This document shows positions 8,243-16,340 of a DNA stretch of 40,934 nt, one piece after another (the first letter of the stretch is position 1; each line of letters starts with the position of its first letter). Below the pieces are notes generated by a model. It saw nothing but the letters and a program-made list of their open reading frames with translations, was not told the origin of the DNA and ran no database searches. The stretch covers positions 1-40,934 of the forward strand of contig CADBSB010000044.1 of assembly GCA_902797235.1 (NCBI GenBank), written 5' to 3'. A program made the position numbers and the translations under genes. This stretch comes from an uncultured Ruminococcus sp. Lineage in GTDB: Bacteria > Bacillota > Clostridia > Oscillospirales > CAG-272.

Positions 8243-9170
8243 ACCTGAACGGCAGAAATTCGCCGAACAGACGGGAAACAATACGGTCGTCGTACAGCTC
8301 GAGCAGCTTGTTCTGGCTTAAATTCGTGCTTATGAGCGTAGATTTTTTGGTGTTTATACGGCTGTTCAAGAGATTGTATAAGAACGGGACCACGTCGCGG
8401 CCGTTCAGCTCCGTGCCGAGATCGTCTATCACAAGCAGCTCGCAGTCGTAGTACTTATTTATATTGTCGCGCTCGCTTTTATCGTCCGTAAATCTCGTAT
8501 CGCGCAAATCCGTGAAAAGCGTGCCGGCGGTGGTATAAACGCACCAGTGGCCGCCCTCTATAACGCGTTTGGCAACGGCGACGGAAAGATGAGTTTTACC
8601 GAGACCCGTGCCGCCGAAAAACAGGATAGAACCGGAGCCCGTGTCCCTGAAATCCTCCGCGAAATCGCGTGCGCGCTCCACTATTACCTCCATGTTCTTT
8701 CTGTCCGCGCCGGAATAGTACGAAAGATCGAACGTGTCAAACGACATTTTATCGCAAAGCCCCGAGATCCCCGATGATTCATATCCGGCTTTTATGAGTT
8801 CGTTTTTCATGCAGACGCACATTTTACCGTTCACGTTTCCCTCGTCGTGACAGATCGGGCAGTTATACTCTATATCAAAATAGTCCTCGGGGTAGCCGTG
8901 CGACAAAAGGAGTTCGCTTTGCTTCTTTAAAAGCTCCTCGTTTTCGCGCCTTATCGCCATAAGCTTTTTCGCGTAGCTTTCCTTGCCTTCAAGCGCCGCG
9001 GCGTATACGCGCGGACCCGTTGCGTCAAGCTTGTCGCATATCTCTTTCAATCCGGGAATATCGGCGCAGGCTATCTTTCTTTTATCTTCAAGGGCTTTAT
9101 CTTCTGCGTTTCTTCTTCTGTCCTCAAAGTTCTTTTTGACTTTTACGTAATCTTCGCGGTAAAAAGACAT
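8202..9170 (-). CDS. DnaI/DnaC-like replicative helicase loader (AAA+ ATPase with N-terminal Zn-binding Cys motif)
   Basis: 322 aa. CPICHDEGNVNGKMCVC zinc motif, Walker A GGTGLGKTH, Walker B LLVIDDLG. GGAGGAAAAA sits before the ATG, 12 nt after the upstream stop. Confidence 0.8.
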   Translation of the reverse strand: MSFYREDYVKVKKNFEDRRRNAEDKALEDKRKIACADIPGLKEICDKLDATGPRVYAAALEGKESYAKKLMAIRRENEELLKKQSELLLSHGYPEDYFDIEYNCPICHDEGNVNGKMCVCMKNELIKAGYESSGISGLCDKMSFDTFDLSYYSGADRKNMEVIVERARDFAEDFRDTGSGSILFFGGTGLGKTHLSVAVAKRVIEGGHWCVYTTAGTLFTDLRDTRFTDDKSERDNINKYYDCELLVIDDLGTELNGRDVVPFLYNLLNSRINTKKSTLISTNLSQNKLLELYDDRIVSRLFGEFLPFRFTGKDVRMQKLQR

Positions 9171-9182
9171 TTTTTCCTCCGT

Positions 9183-10163
9183 TTACTTACTGCCGTAGCT
9201 GCGCTTCATCGCCGCTTCCATAAATTCGTCCGCGTCAAAACTTTCGGCGGTTTTTTTCGGTTTTTCCGTCTTCTGCTTCGGCTTCTGCTTGTCGTTTTCC
9301 TCTATCTGATCGGGCGTTTTTATACCCTCCTCAAACCAGCGTTTGAGTATGGAGCCCGCGTAGTCGAGCGACGGCTTGTTTATGGCTTTGATTGTCGCCT
9401 CATACGCGCGCTCTATCATATCCATACCGTACCCGTACGTGTCGACCCACGCGTTTATAAGATTTTTTTCCTTTGCTATGAGCGCCCTCTGACCTATGCC
9501 GAAAACCTCTCTTATCTTTTCCGTTACGGAATTTTTGACCCTTTCCCTCGCTATAAACGCGTCAATTTCATCTGGCGTCGTGATATTATCGTCAAACAGA
9601 CTGTACGCGGTGCGCTCAACGACGCGGAAGGAAACGCCGTCCTTGCTCTTGTCCTTTTCCTTCTCGCGGCAGAATTCCACTATTTTGACTATACTTTCGG
9701 CGCTGAGCCTCAGATAATCGTAAAGCGATACTATTATCATCGCCTCGTTGCTGTTTACGGCGTGGCCCGTTATCCTCGGCACGTCGGCGTTTATTATCCT
9801 GTGTAAGTCCGTGCTGCGCTCTATGATGTCCGACGCCTCCGCCTTGCTGTACGGCGGACTGTCCGCCTTGACGGACGCCTTTATCTTCTTGGGCTTTGAT
9901 TCTATCTCCGCGCCCTCGATGCCGGATTTGATGATACCGCGCGCTGTAAGAGACGATAACGCGTGCTCTATTTCCGCCCACTGCATATCGAGCGTTTTTA
10001 TTGCGTACGCCCTGCCGCTCTCCGTATCGGCGCGGAAGCCCGGCTCGGCGCAGACGTATAAAAGAACGCGCAGCTCGTCCCCCGACATGGAGCCGAGGTC
10101 GGCTAAGACCTCCTCCGCGGGGACGTTTATTATGTTTTCATTAAAGTTGAGTTTTATTTTCAT
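9183..10163 (-). CDS. DnaD-domain replication initiation protein (DnaB/DnaD-like)
   Basis: 326 aa. The central SLYDYLRLSAESIVKIVEFCREK and C-terminal YAGSILKRWFEEGIKT blocks look like DnaD/DnaB_2 domain repeats. Its ATG overlaps the rex stop (ATGA at 10160..10163). Confidence 0.7.
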   Translation of the reverse strand: MKIKLNFNENIINVPAEEVLADLGSMSGDELRVLLYVCAEPGFRADTESGRAYAIKTLDMQWAEIEHALSSLTARGIIKSGIEGAEIESKPKKIKASVKADSPPYSKAEASDIIERSTDLHRIINADVPRITGHAVNSNEAMIIVSLYDYLRLSAESIVKIVEFCREKEKDKSKDGVSFRVVERTAYSLFDDNITTPDEIDAFIARERVKNSVTEKIREVFGIGQRALIAKEKNLINAWVDTYGYGMDMIERAYEATIKAINKPSLDYAGSILKRWFEEGIKTPDQIEENDKQKPKQKTEKPKKTAESFDADEFMEAAMKRSYGSK

Positions 10164-10876
10164 TGGCGTTTGTCCTTGATTTCCGACATTTCGCGCATAA
10201 GTATCATAAGCGAATCGGCGGCGCAGATGTTTACAACGGGCACGCCGACGCTCTTTTCGTCAAGCTCGCACGGGCTGAAATTCCAAACGCCGCGCACGCC
10301 GGTACCCGATATTATATCGCATAATTCCGTGCTTTCGTTTGCCGGTATGCAGAGCACGGCTATATCCACACGGTTGTTTTTGCAGAATTCCTTTACTTCC
10401 TTTACGTGGCGCACGGTATTGTCCGCTACGGTCTTTCCTATGACCTTATCCGAAATATCGAAAACGCCCTTTATCCACACGCCGCGCTGTTCAAGCAGAC
10501 GGCTGTTCGACAGGGCTTTTCCGAGATTGCCCGCGCCGATAATGACCGCCGTGTATTTTTTGCCCACGCCTAAATACTCGCTTATGCACGTATAGAGCTT
10601 TTTTACGTTATAGCCGTAGCCGCGCTGACCGAGGCCGCCGAAATATTTGAGGTCCTGCCTTAGCTGCGGCGCGCTGAGCCCCGTTATTTCGGACAGCTCC
10701 GCCGACGATATTTTCATTATATCGCGGTTATATAGCTCGCGCAGGCATCTGAAATACCGCGGCAGGCGCTTTATCACCGCGTCCGGTATCTGCTCGTCCG
10801 GCACCGCCGTCGCTCTGTCCGCTATGGCGGGTATGCCGGTAATGTCAAATTCTTGTTGTTCCGGTACTTTTTTCAT
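10160..10876 (-). CDS. rex: Redox-sensing transcriptional repressor Rex
   Basis: Re-called start at ATG 10876 (MKKVPEQ...), which overlaps the upstream stop as ATGA; the track ORF extends to 11056. KRLPRYFRCLREL, ISSAELSEITGLSAPQLRQDLKYFG, GYGYNV and the Rossmann IIGAGNLG motif are Rex hallmarks. Confidence 0.9.
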   Translation of the reverse strand: MKKVPEQQEFDITGIPAIADRATAVPDEQIPDAVIKRLPRYFRCLRELYNRDIMKISSAELSEITGLSAPQLRQDLKYFGGLGQRGYGYNVKKLYTCISEYLGVGKKYTAVIIGAGNLGKALSNSRLLEQRGVWIKGVFDISDKVIGKTVADNTVRHVKEVKEFCKNNRVDIAVLCIPANESTELCDIISGTGVRGVWNFSPCELDEKSVGVPVVNICAADSLMILMREMSEIKDKRQ

Positions 10877-12039
10877 TTGAGATTTTCTCTTACGTACTCG
10901 GCGTACTGCTCGCACGTCGCGCCCGTGTCGCGTCCCGTTATGACGAGGCGCTTGTCCTCGAGCATACAAAAATCGAGGGCTTTCGTTAATCTGTCCGCCT
11001 CGTCCTGCTTGCCGATGTGCGACAAAAGCATCGCCGTTGCGCGGAGCATCGAACACGGATCGGCGTACTTTGCGCGGCCTTCCTCGACCATTCTCGGTGC
11101 GGAGCCGTGTATCGCCTCGAACATCGCGTACCTTTTGCCTATGTTCGCGGAACCGGCGGTGCCTACGCCGCCCTGGAATTCCGCCGCCTCGTCCGTTATT
11201 ATGTCGCCGTAGAGGTTAGGCAGAATGAACACCTCAAAATCGCGTCTTCTCTTCTCGTCGACGAGCTTCGCGGTCATTATGTCTATAAACCACTCGTCCG
11301 TCGTTATTTCGGGATATTCCTCGCCTATCTTTTTGCAGATGTTAAGGAATTTTCCGTCCGTCGTCTTTATAACGTTAGCCTTGGTTACGACAGACACGCG
11401 TTTTTTGCCGTTTTTGCGCGCGAATTCATACGCAAGTCTCGCTATCCTCTCCGTGCCTTCTGTCGTAGTTATGCAGAAATCGACCGCCAGCTCGTCCGAA
11501 ACGTTCACGCCCTTGCTGCCGACGGCGTAGGAGCCCTCCGTATTTTCACGGAAGAACGTCCAGTCTATGCCCTGCGCCGGTACCTTGACCGGGCGGACGT
11601 TTGCGAAAAGGTCGAGCTTTTTGCGCATCATCACGTTTGCGCTCTCTATATTCGGCAATCCGTCGCCGGCGTGCGGCGTCGTCGTCGGGCCTTTTAAGAT
11701 GACGTGGCATTTGTAAAGCTCCTCCATAACGTCGTCCGGTATGGCCTTGCCGCAGGCTATGCGGTTCTCTATCGTAAGACCGTCGATCGTCCTTATTTCT
11801 ATTTTTCCTTTATTTATGTCAACAGCTAAAAGCGCTCTTAAAATCTTCTCCGCGGCTGCCGTTATAGTCGGACCTATGCCGTCTCCTCCGCATACGCCTA
11901 TCACGAGCTTGTCGAGCTTATCATAGTCCGTAAACTCCTTTACGCTTTTGATCCTGTCCGCTCTTTCAAGCTGCTCGTACATAAGATCCCTGTACTTGCC
12001 GACAGCGGCTTCAACGTATGCGTCATACTTGTCGTTCAT
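10873..12039 (-). CDS. Isocitrate/isopropylmalate dehydrogenase family protein (probable isocitrate dehydrogenase)
   Basis: 388 aa. GDGIGPTIT, FRENTEGSY and NLYGDIITDEAAEFQGGVGTAGSANIG motifs of the beta-decarboxylating dehydrogenase family. GAGGAG RBS upstream. Confidence 0.85.
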   Translation of the reverse strand: MNDKYDAYVEAAVGKYRDLMYEQLERADRIKSVKEFTDYDKLDKLVIGVCGGDGIGPTITAAAEKILRALLAVDINKGKIEIRTIDGLTIENRIACGKAIPDDVMEELYKCHVILKGPTTTPHAGDGLPNIESANVMMRKKLDLFANVRPVKVPAQGIDWTFFRENTEGSYAVGSKGVNVSDELAVDFCITTTEGTERIARLAYEFARKNGKKRVSVVTKANVIKTTDGKFLNICKKIGEEYPEITTDEWFIDIMTAKLVDEKRRRDFEVFILPNLYGDIITDEAAEFQGGVGTAGSANIGKRYAMFEAIHGSAPRMVEEGRAKYADPCSMLRATAMLLSHIGKQDEADRLTKALDFCMLEDKRLVITGRDTGATCEQYAEYVRENLK

Positions 12040-12190
12040 TTTTCGTTTCTCCTCATATTTAACAATTATTTAACATTTGATATATTGCGAGTTAATATGT
12101 CAAAAATTCCCGTTTTTTGACAGTTTTTTTGTATTTTCCACCCTCGAAAAAGCTGTTTTTATTCACTCAGACGCCTTTGAAAATCCCCCG

Positions 12191-12316
12191 AAAATCCACA
12201 AATTCCACAGGGTTTTCCACATTTTTAAGCTCCGAAACGGTCTTTTTTGAGTTTGAAATCCGCAGTTTAACGCGGAATTAACAATTTTATACGTTTTTTG
12301 TGTGTGGAATTCCACA
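12191..12316. promoter_or_regulatory. Cluster of five TCCACA-core (DnaA-box-like) motifs including the palindrome TGTGGAATTCCACA
   Basis: AAATCCACA (12192..12200), AATTCCACA (12201..12209), TTTTCCACA (12213..12221). Inverted pair TGTGGAATT/AATTCCACA at 12303..12316. A further TTTTCCACC lies at 12135..12143. All are in the 479-bp AT-rich spacer upstream of the IDH-family/rex/dnaD-like/dnaI-like operon. Confidence 0.5.
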
Positions 12317-12518
12317 TTTTGTAATTTTGATCCGGACGCCCGAATTTTTGTTCTTTTATGCAGTTAAAAAGTGCATAAAAAGCTGTTTCGGCCCTTGACC
12401 GATTTACAGTCTGTTAATATTTGCCGTAGACCATTACGCACAAAATACTCGCCGTTATTTTGTGAAAAAGTAACCAAATTTTTTTATTTTGAAATTTGCT
12501 CTTGACAGCGTTTTTTGT

Positions 12519-13547
12519 TTACACGCGTTTCCAGTCGTCTTTTGACGACGGTTTTCCGTCAAGGCTCATATCGGATCCGGCGCCCGCTTCAAGCTCGTAT
12601 TTCGCCGCCGCGGCTATCATTACGCCGTTGTCGCCGCAGAGGGAAAGCGGCGGGACGTGAAAATCTATTTCACGCGCCGCACAGAAGTCCGACAGGGCTT
12701 TTCTCAGATGCGAGTTTGCAAGCACGCCGCCCGCGGCGAGGAGCGTTTTATACTTATACTTTTTAAAGCATTGGTCGAGCTGATGCACGACGCTGTCGCA
12801 TATGACCTTTGTAAGCGACGCGCATATATCCTCGCGGCAGAGCGTCCCGCCCTTCATCTCCGCGGTGTTCAGCATATTCACTATATGCGTTTTTAAGCCG
12901 GACAGAGAAAAATTGAAGGACCCGTCCTTCATATGCACGGCGGGGAATCTGAACGCCGACGGGTCGCCCTTTGCGGCAAGCCTGTCCATTTCCGCGCCGC
13001 ACGGGTAATTAAGACCCATCCTGCGGCCTATTTTGTCAAACGCCTCGCCTATCGCGTCGTCAAGCGTTCTGCCTACCGTTTCAAAATCGGTGTACGATGC
13101 TGCGTTGATGATCGAAGTATGACCGCCCGACGCGACAAAGGCGATAAACGGCTTATTTATTTTACCGTTTATATAGTTTGCGGCGACGTGGCCTTTTATG
13201 TGATTTACGCCGATGAGCCGTTTGCCGTAGGAGTACGCAAAGCCCTTGGCGAAATTCACGCCGACGAGAAGCGCCCCGATGAGCCCCGGCTCCGTGGTGA
13301 CGGCGACGACGTCTATCTGCTCGGGCTTAACGTTCGCGTCTGACAAAGCCTTGTACGTCAGCGGCGCTATCGCCTCAACGTGGGCTCTCGACGCTATCTC
13401 CGGCACAACGCCTCCGTATTCGGCGTGTATGTCGACCTGGGAATTTATCTCGTTCGAGAGCACCTCAAACTCGTCCCTGCCCTCGGGCGAGCGCACGACG
13501 GCGACGGCCGTTTCGTCGCAGGATGATTCAATTGCAAGATACAGCAT
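12519..13547 (-). CDS. tsaD: tRNA N6-adenosine threonylcarbamoyltransferase TsaD
   Basis: 342 aa. LAIESSCDETAVAVV, HVEAI, GVNHIKGH and ASGGHT motifs of Kae1/TsaD. The start overlaps the rimI stop by 1 nt. Confidence 0.92.
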   Translation of the reverse strand: MLYLAIESSCDETAVAVVRSPEGRDEFEVLSNEINSQVDIHAEYGGVVPEIASRAHVEAIAPLTYKALSDANVKPEQIDVVAVTTEPGLIGALLVGVNFAKGFAYSYGKRLIGVNHIKGHVAANYINGKINKPFIAFVASGGHTSIINAASYTDFETVGRTLDDAIGEAFDKIGRRMGLNYPCGAEMDRLAAKGDPSAFRFPAVHMKDGSFNFSLSGLKTHIVNMLNTAEMKGGTLCREDICASLTKVICDSVVHQLDQCFKKYKYKTLLAAGGVLANSHLRKALSDFCAAREIDFHVPPLSLCGDNGVMIAAAAKYELEAGAGSDMSLDGKPSSKDDWKRV

Positions 13548-13984
13548 TATATATCCTTATCAAGAAGTACGGCGTCCTCTTTCGGAGCCGTGTAATATCC
13601 GCGCCTTTTGCCGACGCGGAAAAAACCGTTTTTTTTATACAGACAAAGCGCCGCGGTATTCGATTCGCGCACGTCGAGCGACAGCTTTTTAACTCCGCGC
13701 TCCTTGCAGGCATCGACCAGCCCGTTTATGAGCGCCGTGGCAGCGCCGCGCCGTCTGTATTCCGGGAATACGGCGATATTGTTTATCTCCGCCGCATCCG
13801 CCGCAACGTACATCCCGGCGTAGCCTATGACCTCGCCGCCGTCGAGCGCGGCAAGGTAAACGGCGCACGGATGGCAGGCGGACGCCGACAGCTCCCGTTT
13901 GCTCCACGGACGTGAAAAACAGACCCGCTCAAGCTCCGCCGCTTTATCCATATCCTCCGGCAGCAGTTTTCTTACCGTTATCAC
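13547..13984 (-). CDS. rimI: Ribosomal-protein-alanine N-acetyltransferase RimI (GNAT)
   Basis: Re-called start at GTG 13984, overlapping the deaminase stop as GTGA; the track ORF runs to 14287 through the upstream gene. ITVRKLLPEDMDKAAELERVCFSRPWS and the acetyl-CoA motif VFPEYRRRGAATALI match RimI. It sits directly upstream of tsaD, as is common. Confidence 0.8.
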   Translation of the reverse strand: MITVRKLLPEDMDKAAELERVCFSRPWSKRELSASACHPCAVYLAALDGGEVIGYAGMYVAADAAEINNIAVFPEYRRRGAATALINGLVDACKERGVKKLSLDVRESNTAALCLYKKNGFFRVGKRRGYYTAPKEDAVLLDKDI

Positions 13985-14460
13985 TGTCCGCCTATGCTGT
14001 CGTCGTTCAACACCCAGTCGCGGACGTTGTAGGAGATGAAGCAGGTGGGCGAGCTTCTGACTATGACCTTTGAGATACCGGCGTTGATTATGAGACGCTT
14101 GCAAGCCTGACAGCTGCACGTATCCGCCTTTATCTCTCCGCTCGGCGCGTCTATGCCGCATAAGTAAAGCGTGGAATCGAGCATCTGCTCTCTCGTTGCC
14201 GAGATTATGCAGTTGGCCTCCGCGTGGACGGAACGGCAGAGCTCGTTGTTTACGGAGCAGCCGGAGCCGAGAGATCCGCACGCGCATTCGCCTATGTCCG
14301 TGCAGTTCTTTCTTCCTCTCGGCGCGCCGTTGTAGCCCGTTGAAACTATGGAATCGTTCTTGACTATGATGGCTCCGAACTTACCGCGAAGACACGTGCT
14401 TCTTTCAAGCACGGTTTGCGCGATATCAAGATAGTAATTGGTCTTTGATACTCTGTCCAT
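13981..14460 (-). CDS. Deoxycytidylate (dCMP) deaminase, ComEB-type
   Basis: 159 aa. Zinc-deaminase HAE (SVHAEANC) and C..C (CQACKRLI) motifs. The N-terminal NYYLDIAQTVLERSTC block is typical of dCMP deaminases. Confidence 0.85.
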   Translation of the reverse strand: MDRVSKTNYYLDIAQTVLERSTCLRGKFGAIIVKNDSIVSTGYNGAPRGRKNCTDIGECACGSLGSGCSVNNELCRSVHAEANCIISATREQMLDSTLYLCGIDAPSGEIKADTCSCQACKRLIINAGISKVIVRSSPTCFISYNVRDWVLNDDSIGGQ

Positions 14461-14491
14461 AATGTTTCCTCTCTTTTATAACGGTTGTATT

Positions 14492-15373
14492 TTAAAATAA
14501 TTCGTCGTACAGATTCTTTAAATACGCTTCAAACGCGTCCTTTATTTCGGGGTGCTTGAGCGCCGTCTCTATATTCGCCTGCAAAAATCCGAGCTTGCTT
14601 CCCATATCGTAGCGCTTGCCCTCGTATTTATATGATATTACGCCCTTTGTTTTCGCCAGCTCCTTCATCGCGTCTGTCAGCTGCAATTCACCGCCCTTGC
14701 CCGGCGCGGTGTGCCTCAATATATCGAATATATCGGGCGTGAGGACGACTCTGCCGAGGATGGCGAGGTTGGAGAACATTTCCTCCTTGGTCTGCGGCTT
14801 CTCCACCATATCGGTCGTTAAGTACGTGCGCTCGTCGTACTGCTTTTCCGTTTTCATCGAGCAGTATTTTTTAAGGTCTTCATACGGGACCTCGCACACG
14901 CCGACAACGGCCTTGTCGTACTTCTCCGCAACGTCGCAGAGCTGCTTGGTAACGGGGGTATCGGCTACCATAACGTCGTCGCCGTAAAGGACCGCGAACG
15001 GCTCTTCCCCCACGAATTTTTCGGCGCAAAGCACCGCGTGACCGAGGCCCTTCGCCTCCTTCTGGCGCAGGAAATAAATGTTAGCAAGGGAGCAGACCTC
15101 CTCCATGTCGGCAAGCTCCTTCTCCTTGTTCTTCTTTTCGAGCGTGTCCTTATATTCTATCGAATAATCAAAATAATTTTCGATAGCCTCTTTGTTTCTG
15201 CCGGTGATTATAAGTATGTCCTTTATTCCGGCGCCTACGGCTTCTCTTATCAGGTATTCCATTGAAGGCCTGTCGACTATCGGCAAGATCTCCTTCGGTA
15301 CCGTCCTTGAAATTGGCAGCATACGCGTGCCGAGGCCCGCGGCGGGAATTACGGCTTTTGTGATCTTCTTCAT
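14492..15373 (-). CDS. galU: UTP--glucose-1-phosphate uridylyltransferase
   Basis: Re-called start at ATG 15373 (MKKITKAVIPAAGLGTRMLP...) with GAGGA 7 nt upstream. The track start 15409 lies immediately next to the predicted -10 box and has no RBS. Confidence 0.9.
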   Translation of the reverse strand: MKKITKAVIPAAGLGTRMLPISRTVPKEILPIVDRPSMEYLIREAVGAGIKDILIITGRNKEAIENYFDYSIEYKDTLEKKNKEKELADMEEVCSLANIYFLRQKEAKGLGHAVLCAEKFVGEEPFAVLYGDDVMVADTPVTKQLCDVAEKYDKAVVGVCEVPYEDLKKYCSMKTEKQYDERTYLTTDMVEKPQTKEEMFSNLAILGRVVLTPDIFDILRHTAPGKGGELQLTDAMKELAKTKGVISYKYEGKRYDMGSKLGFLQANIETALKHPEIKDAFEAYLKNLYDELF

Positions 15374-15414
15374 TTGATTATCCTCGTTTCCGTTCAAATT
15401 TTTTTCCATAATAC

Positions 15415-15443
15415 ATTATATACCCGCCTTTTAAGAAAATCAA
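15415..15443 (-). promoter_or_regulatory. Sigma-A type promoter for the galU operon
   Basis: On the minus strand: TTGATT (15443..15438), 17-nt spacer, TATAAT (15420..15415). Confidence 0.6.
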
Positions 15444-15494
15444 TACTTATTTTGTGTATTTTAAGTTTTATTTTAAAGATAATATCAAACGGGC

Positions 15495-15523
15495 TTGATT
15501 TTTGGGCTTTTATGTGATATAAT
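15495..15523 (+). promoter_or_regulatory. Sigma-A type promoter for the HD hydrolase operon
   Basis: TTGATT (15495..15500), 17-nt spacer ending in TGA, TATAAT (15518..15523). AAGGAGG RBS at 15543..15549. Confidence 0.65.
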
Positions 15524-15555
15524 CAGGATAGTAAAACGGTATAAGGAGGCGCGGT

Positions 15556-16161
15556 ATGTCGACCGAAAGCTTAAAATCGGAATTTATTGAGATATATAAG
15601 GATAAGATAAAACGCGACGGCGCGGATAAGCTGCTTGATTATCTTATAAACAAGTCGGATTTCTTCACCGCTCCGGCGTCGACGCAGTATCACCTCTCAC
15701 GCGAGGGAGGCCTCTGCGAGCACAGTCTGAACGTGTATAAGTGTTTATGTGATTACCTTGCGCGTCCGCGCGTAAAGGAGACGTACGGTTTGAACGCTTC
15801 GGAAGAAACGGCGGCGATAGCGGCGCTTTTGCACGACGTGTGCAAGACCGACTGTTATATAGTCTCAACGCGAAACAAAAAGGACAAGGTGACGGGCAAG
15901 TGGACGGAGGTGCCGTTTTACGAGTTCAAGGATAAGCTGCCCTACGGCCACGGTGAAAAATCCGTCTACATAATCTCCGGCTTTATGCGCCTGACGCGCG
16001 AGGAGGCGTTTGCGATAAGGTATCACATGGGCTTTGCGGGCACCGAGGACGCGCGCAGCGTCGGCGCGGCGTTTGAGATGTACCCGCTCGCTTTCGCGCT
16101 CTCCACCGCCGATATGGAGGCGACGTATTTTGTAGAAAGCGCGGAGGACGAAAACCAATGA
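15556..16161 (+). CDS. HD-domain phosphohydrolase
   Basis: 201 aa. QYHLSREGGLCEHS and AALLHDVCK (the H...HD metal ligands). Strong AAGGAGG RBS. Confidence 0.75.
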   Translation: MSTESLKSEFIEIYKDKIKRDGADKLLDYLINKSDFFTAPASTQYHLSREGGLCEHSLNVYKCLCDYLARPRVKETYGLNASEETAAIAALLHDVCKTDCYIVSTRNKKDKVTGKWTEVPFYEFKDKLPYGHGEKSVYIISGFMRLTREEAFAIRYHMGFAGTEDARSVGAAFEMYPLAFALSTADMEATYFVESAEDENQ

Positions 16162-16340
16162 CTTCACTGTTATCCGCCGTATCGGAGGCGGTAAAGACCG
16201 ATTTTATAACGTACATAAAAGACGGCGGGACGTTTTATCTTCCCGCGCCGGTCGTTATCATGCTTGTTTCCGCGGCTTTGTTCGCCGCCGCGGGGACGGT
16301 GCTTTTATTATCATCAGTAAAGAAAGGATCTGACAAATGA
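16158..16340 (+). CDS. Small single-pass membrane protein, 60 aa
   Basis: ATGA overlaps at both ends (16158..16161 and 16337..16340) couple it to its neighbours. One hydrophobic helix, VVIMLVSAALFAAAGTVLLL. Confidence 0.5.
   Translation: MTSLLSAVSEAVKTDFITYIKDGGTFYLPAPVVIMLVSAALFAAAGTVLLLSSVKKGSDK

Noticed and set aside
8202-10163. Could the DnaD-like/DnaI-like pair be a prophage or ICE replication module?
   Set aside because: There are no integrase, repressor, structural or conjugation genes nearby. The pair is translationally coupled to rex and an IDH-family gene and flanked by core housekeeping genes.
10877-11056. 5' extensions of track ORFs (rex to 11056, rimI to 14287, galU to 15409, E2-like to 23179, PPTase from 29231, DUF4091 to 38307)
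   Set aside because: Each extension runs through the preceding gene or a promoter, adds non-homologous Arg-rich sequence, and lacks an RBS. In each case an internal start with an RBS and/or an ATGA/GTGA overlap gives the family-typical N-terminus.
12040-12130. Promoter for the IDH-family/rex operon
   Set aside because: A minus-strand TTGACA (12104..12099) exists, but no acceptable -10 hexamer lies 16-18 nt downstream of it. The promoter is left unassigned.
12460-12477. Candidate Rex operator TTGTGAA-AAAG-TAACCAA
   Set aside because: The left half-site is perfect, but the right half has 2-3 mismatches to TTCACAA/TTAACAA. The site also lies about 420 nt upstream of the operon's first start codon. 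This is too weak to call without a species-specific matrix.
12040-12518. Could the TCCACA cluster mark oriC?
   Set aside because: No dnaA/dnaN/rpmH context. Gene orientation does not diverge here (minus-strand genes on both sides), and the boxes mostly deviate from TTATCCACA at two positions. I kept it only as a possible DnaA-regulated or other operator region.
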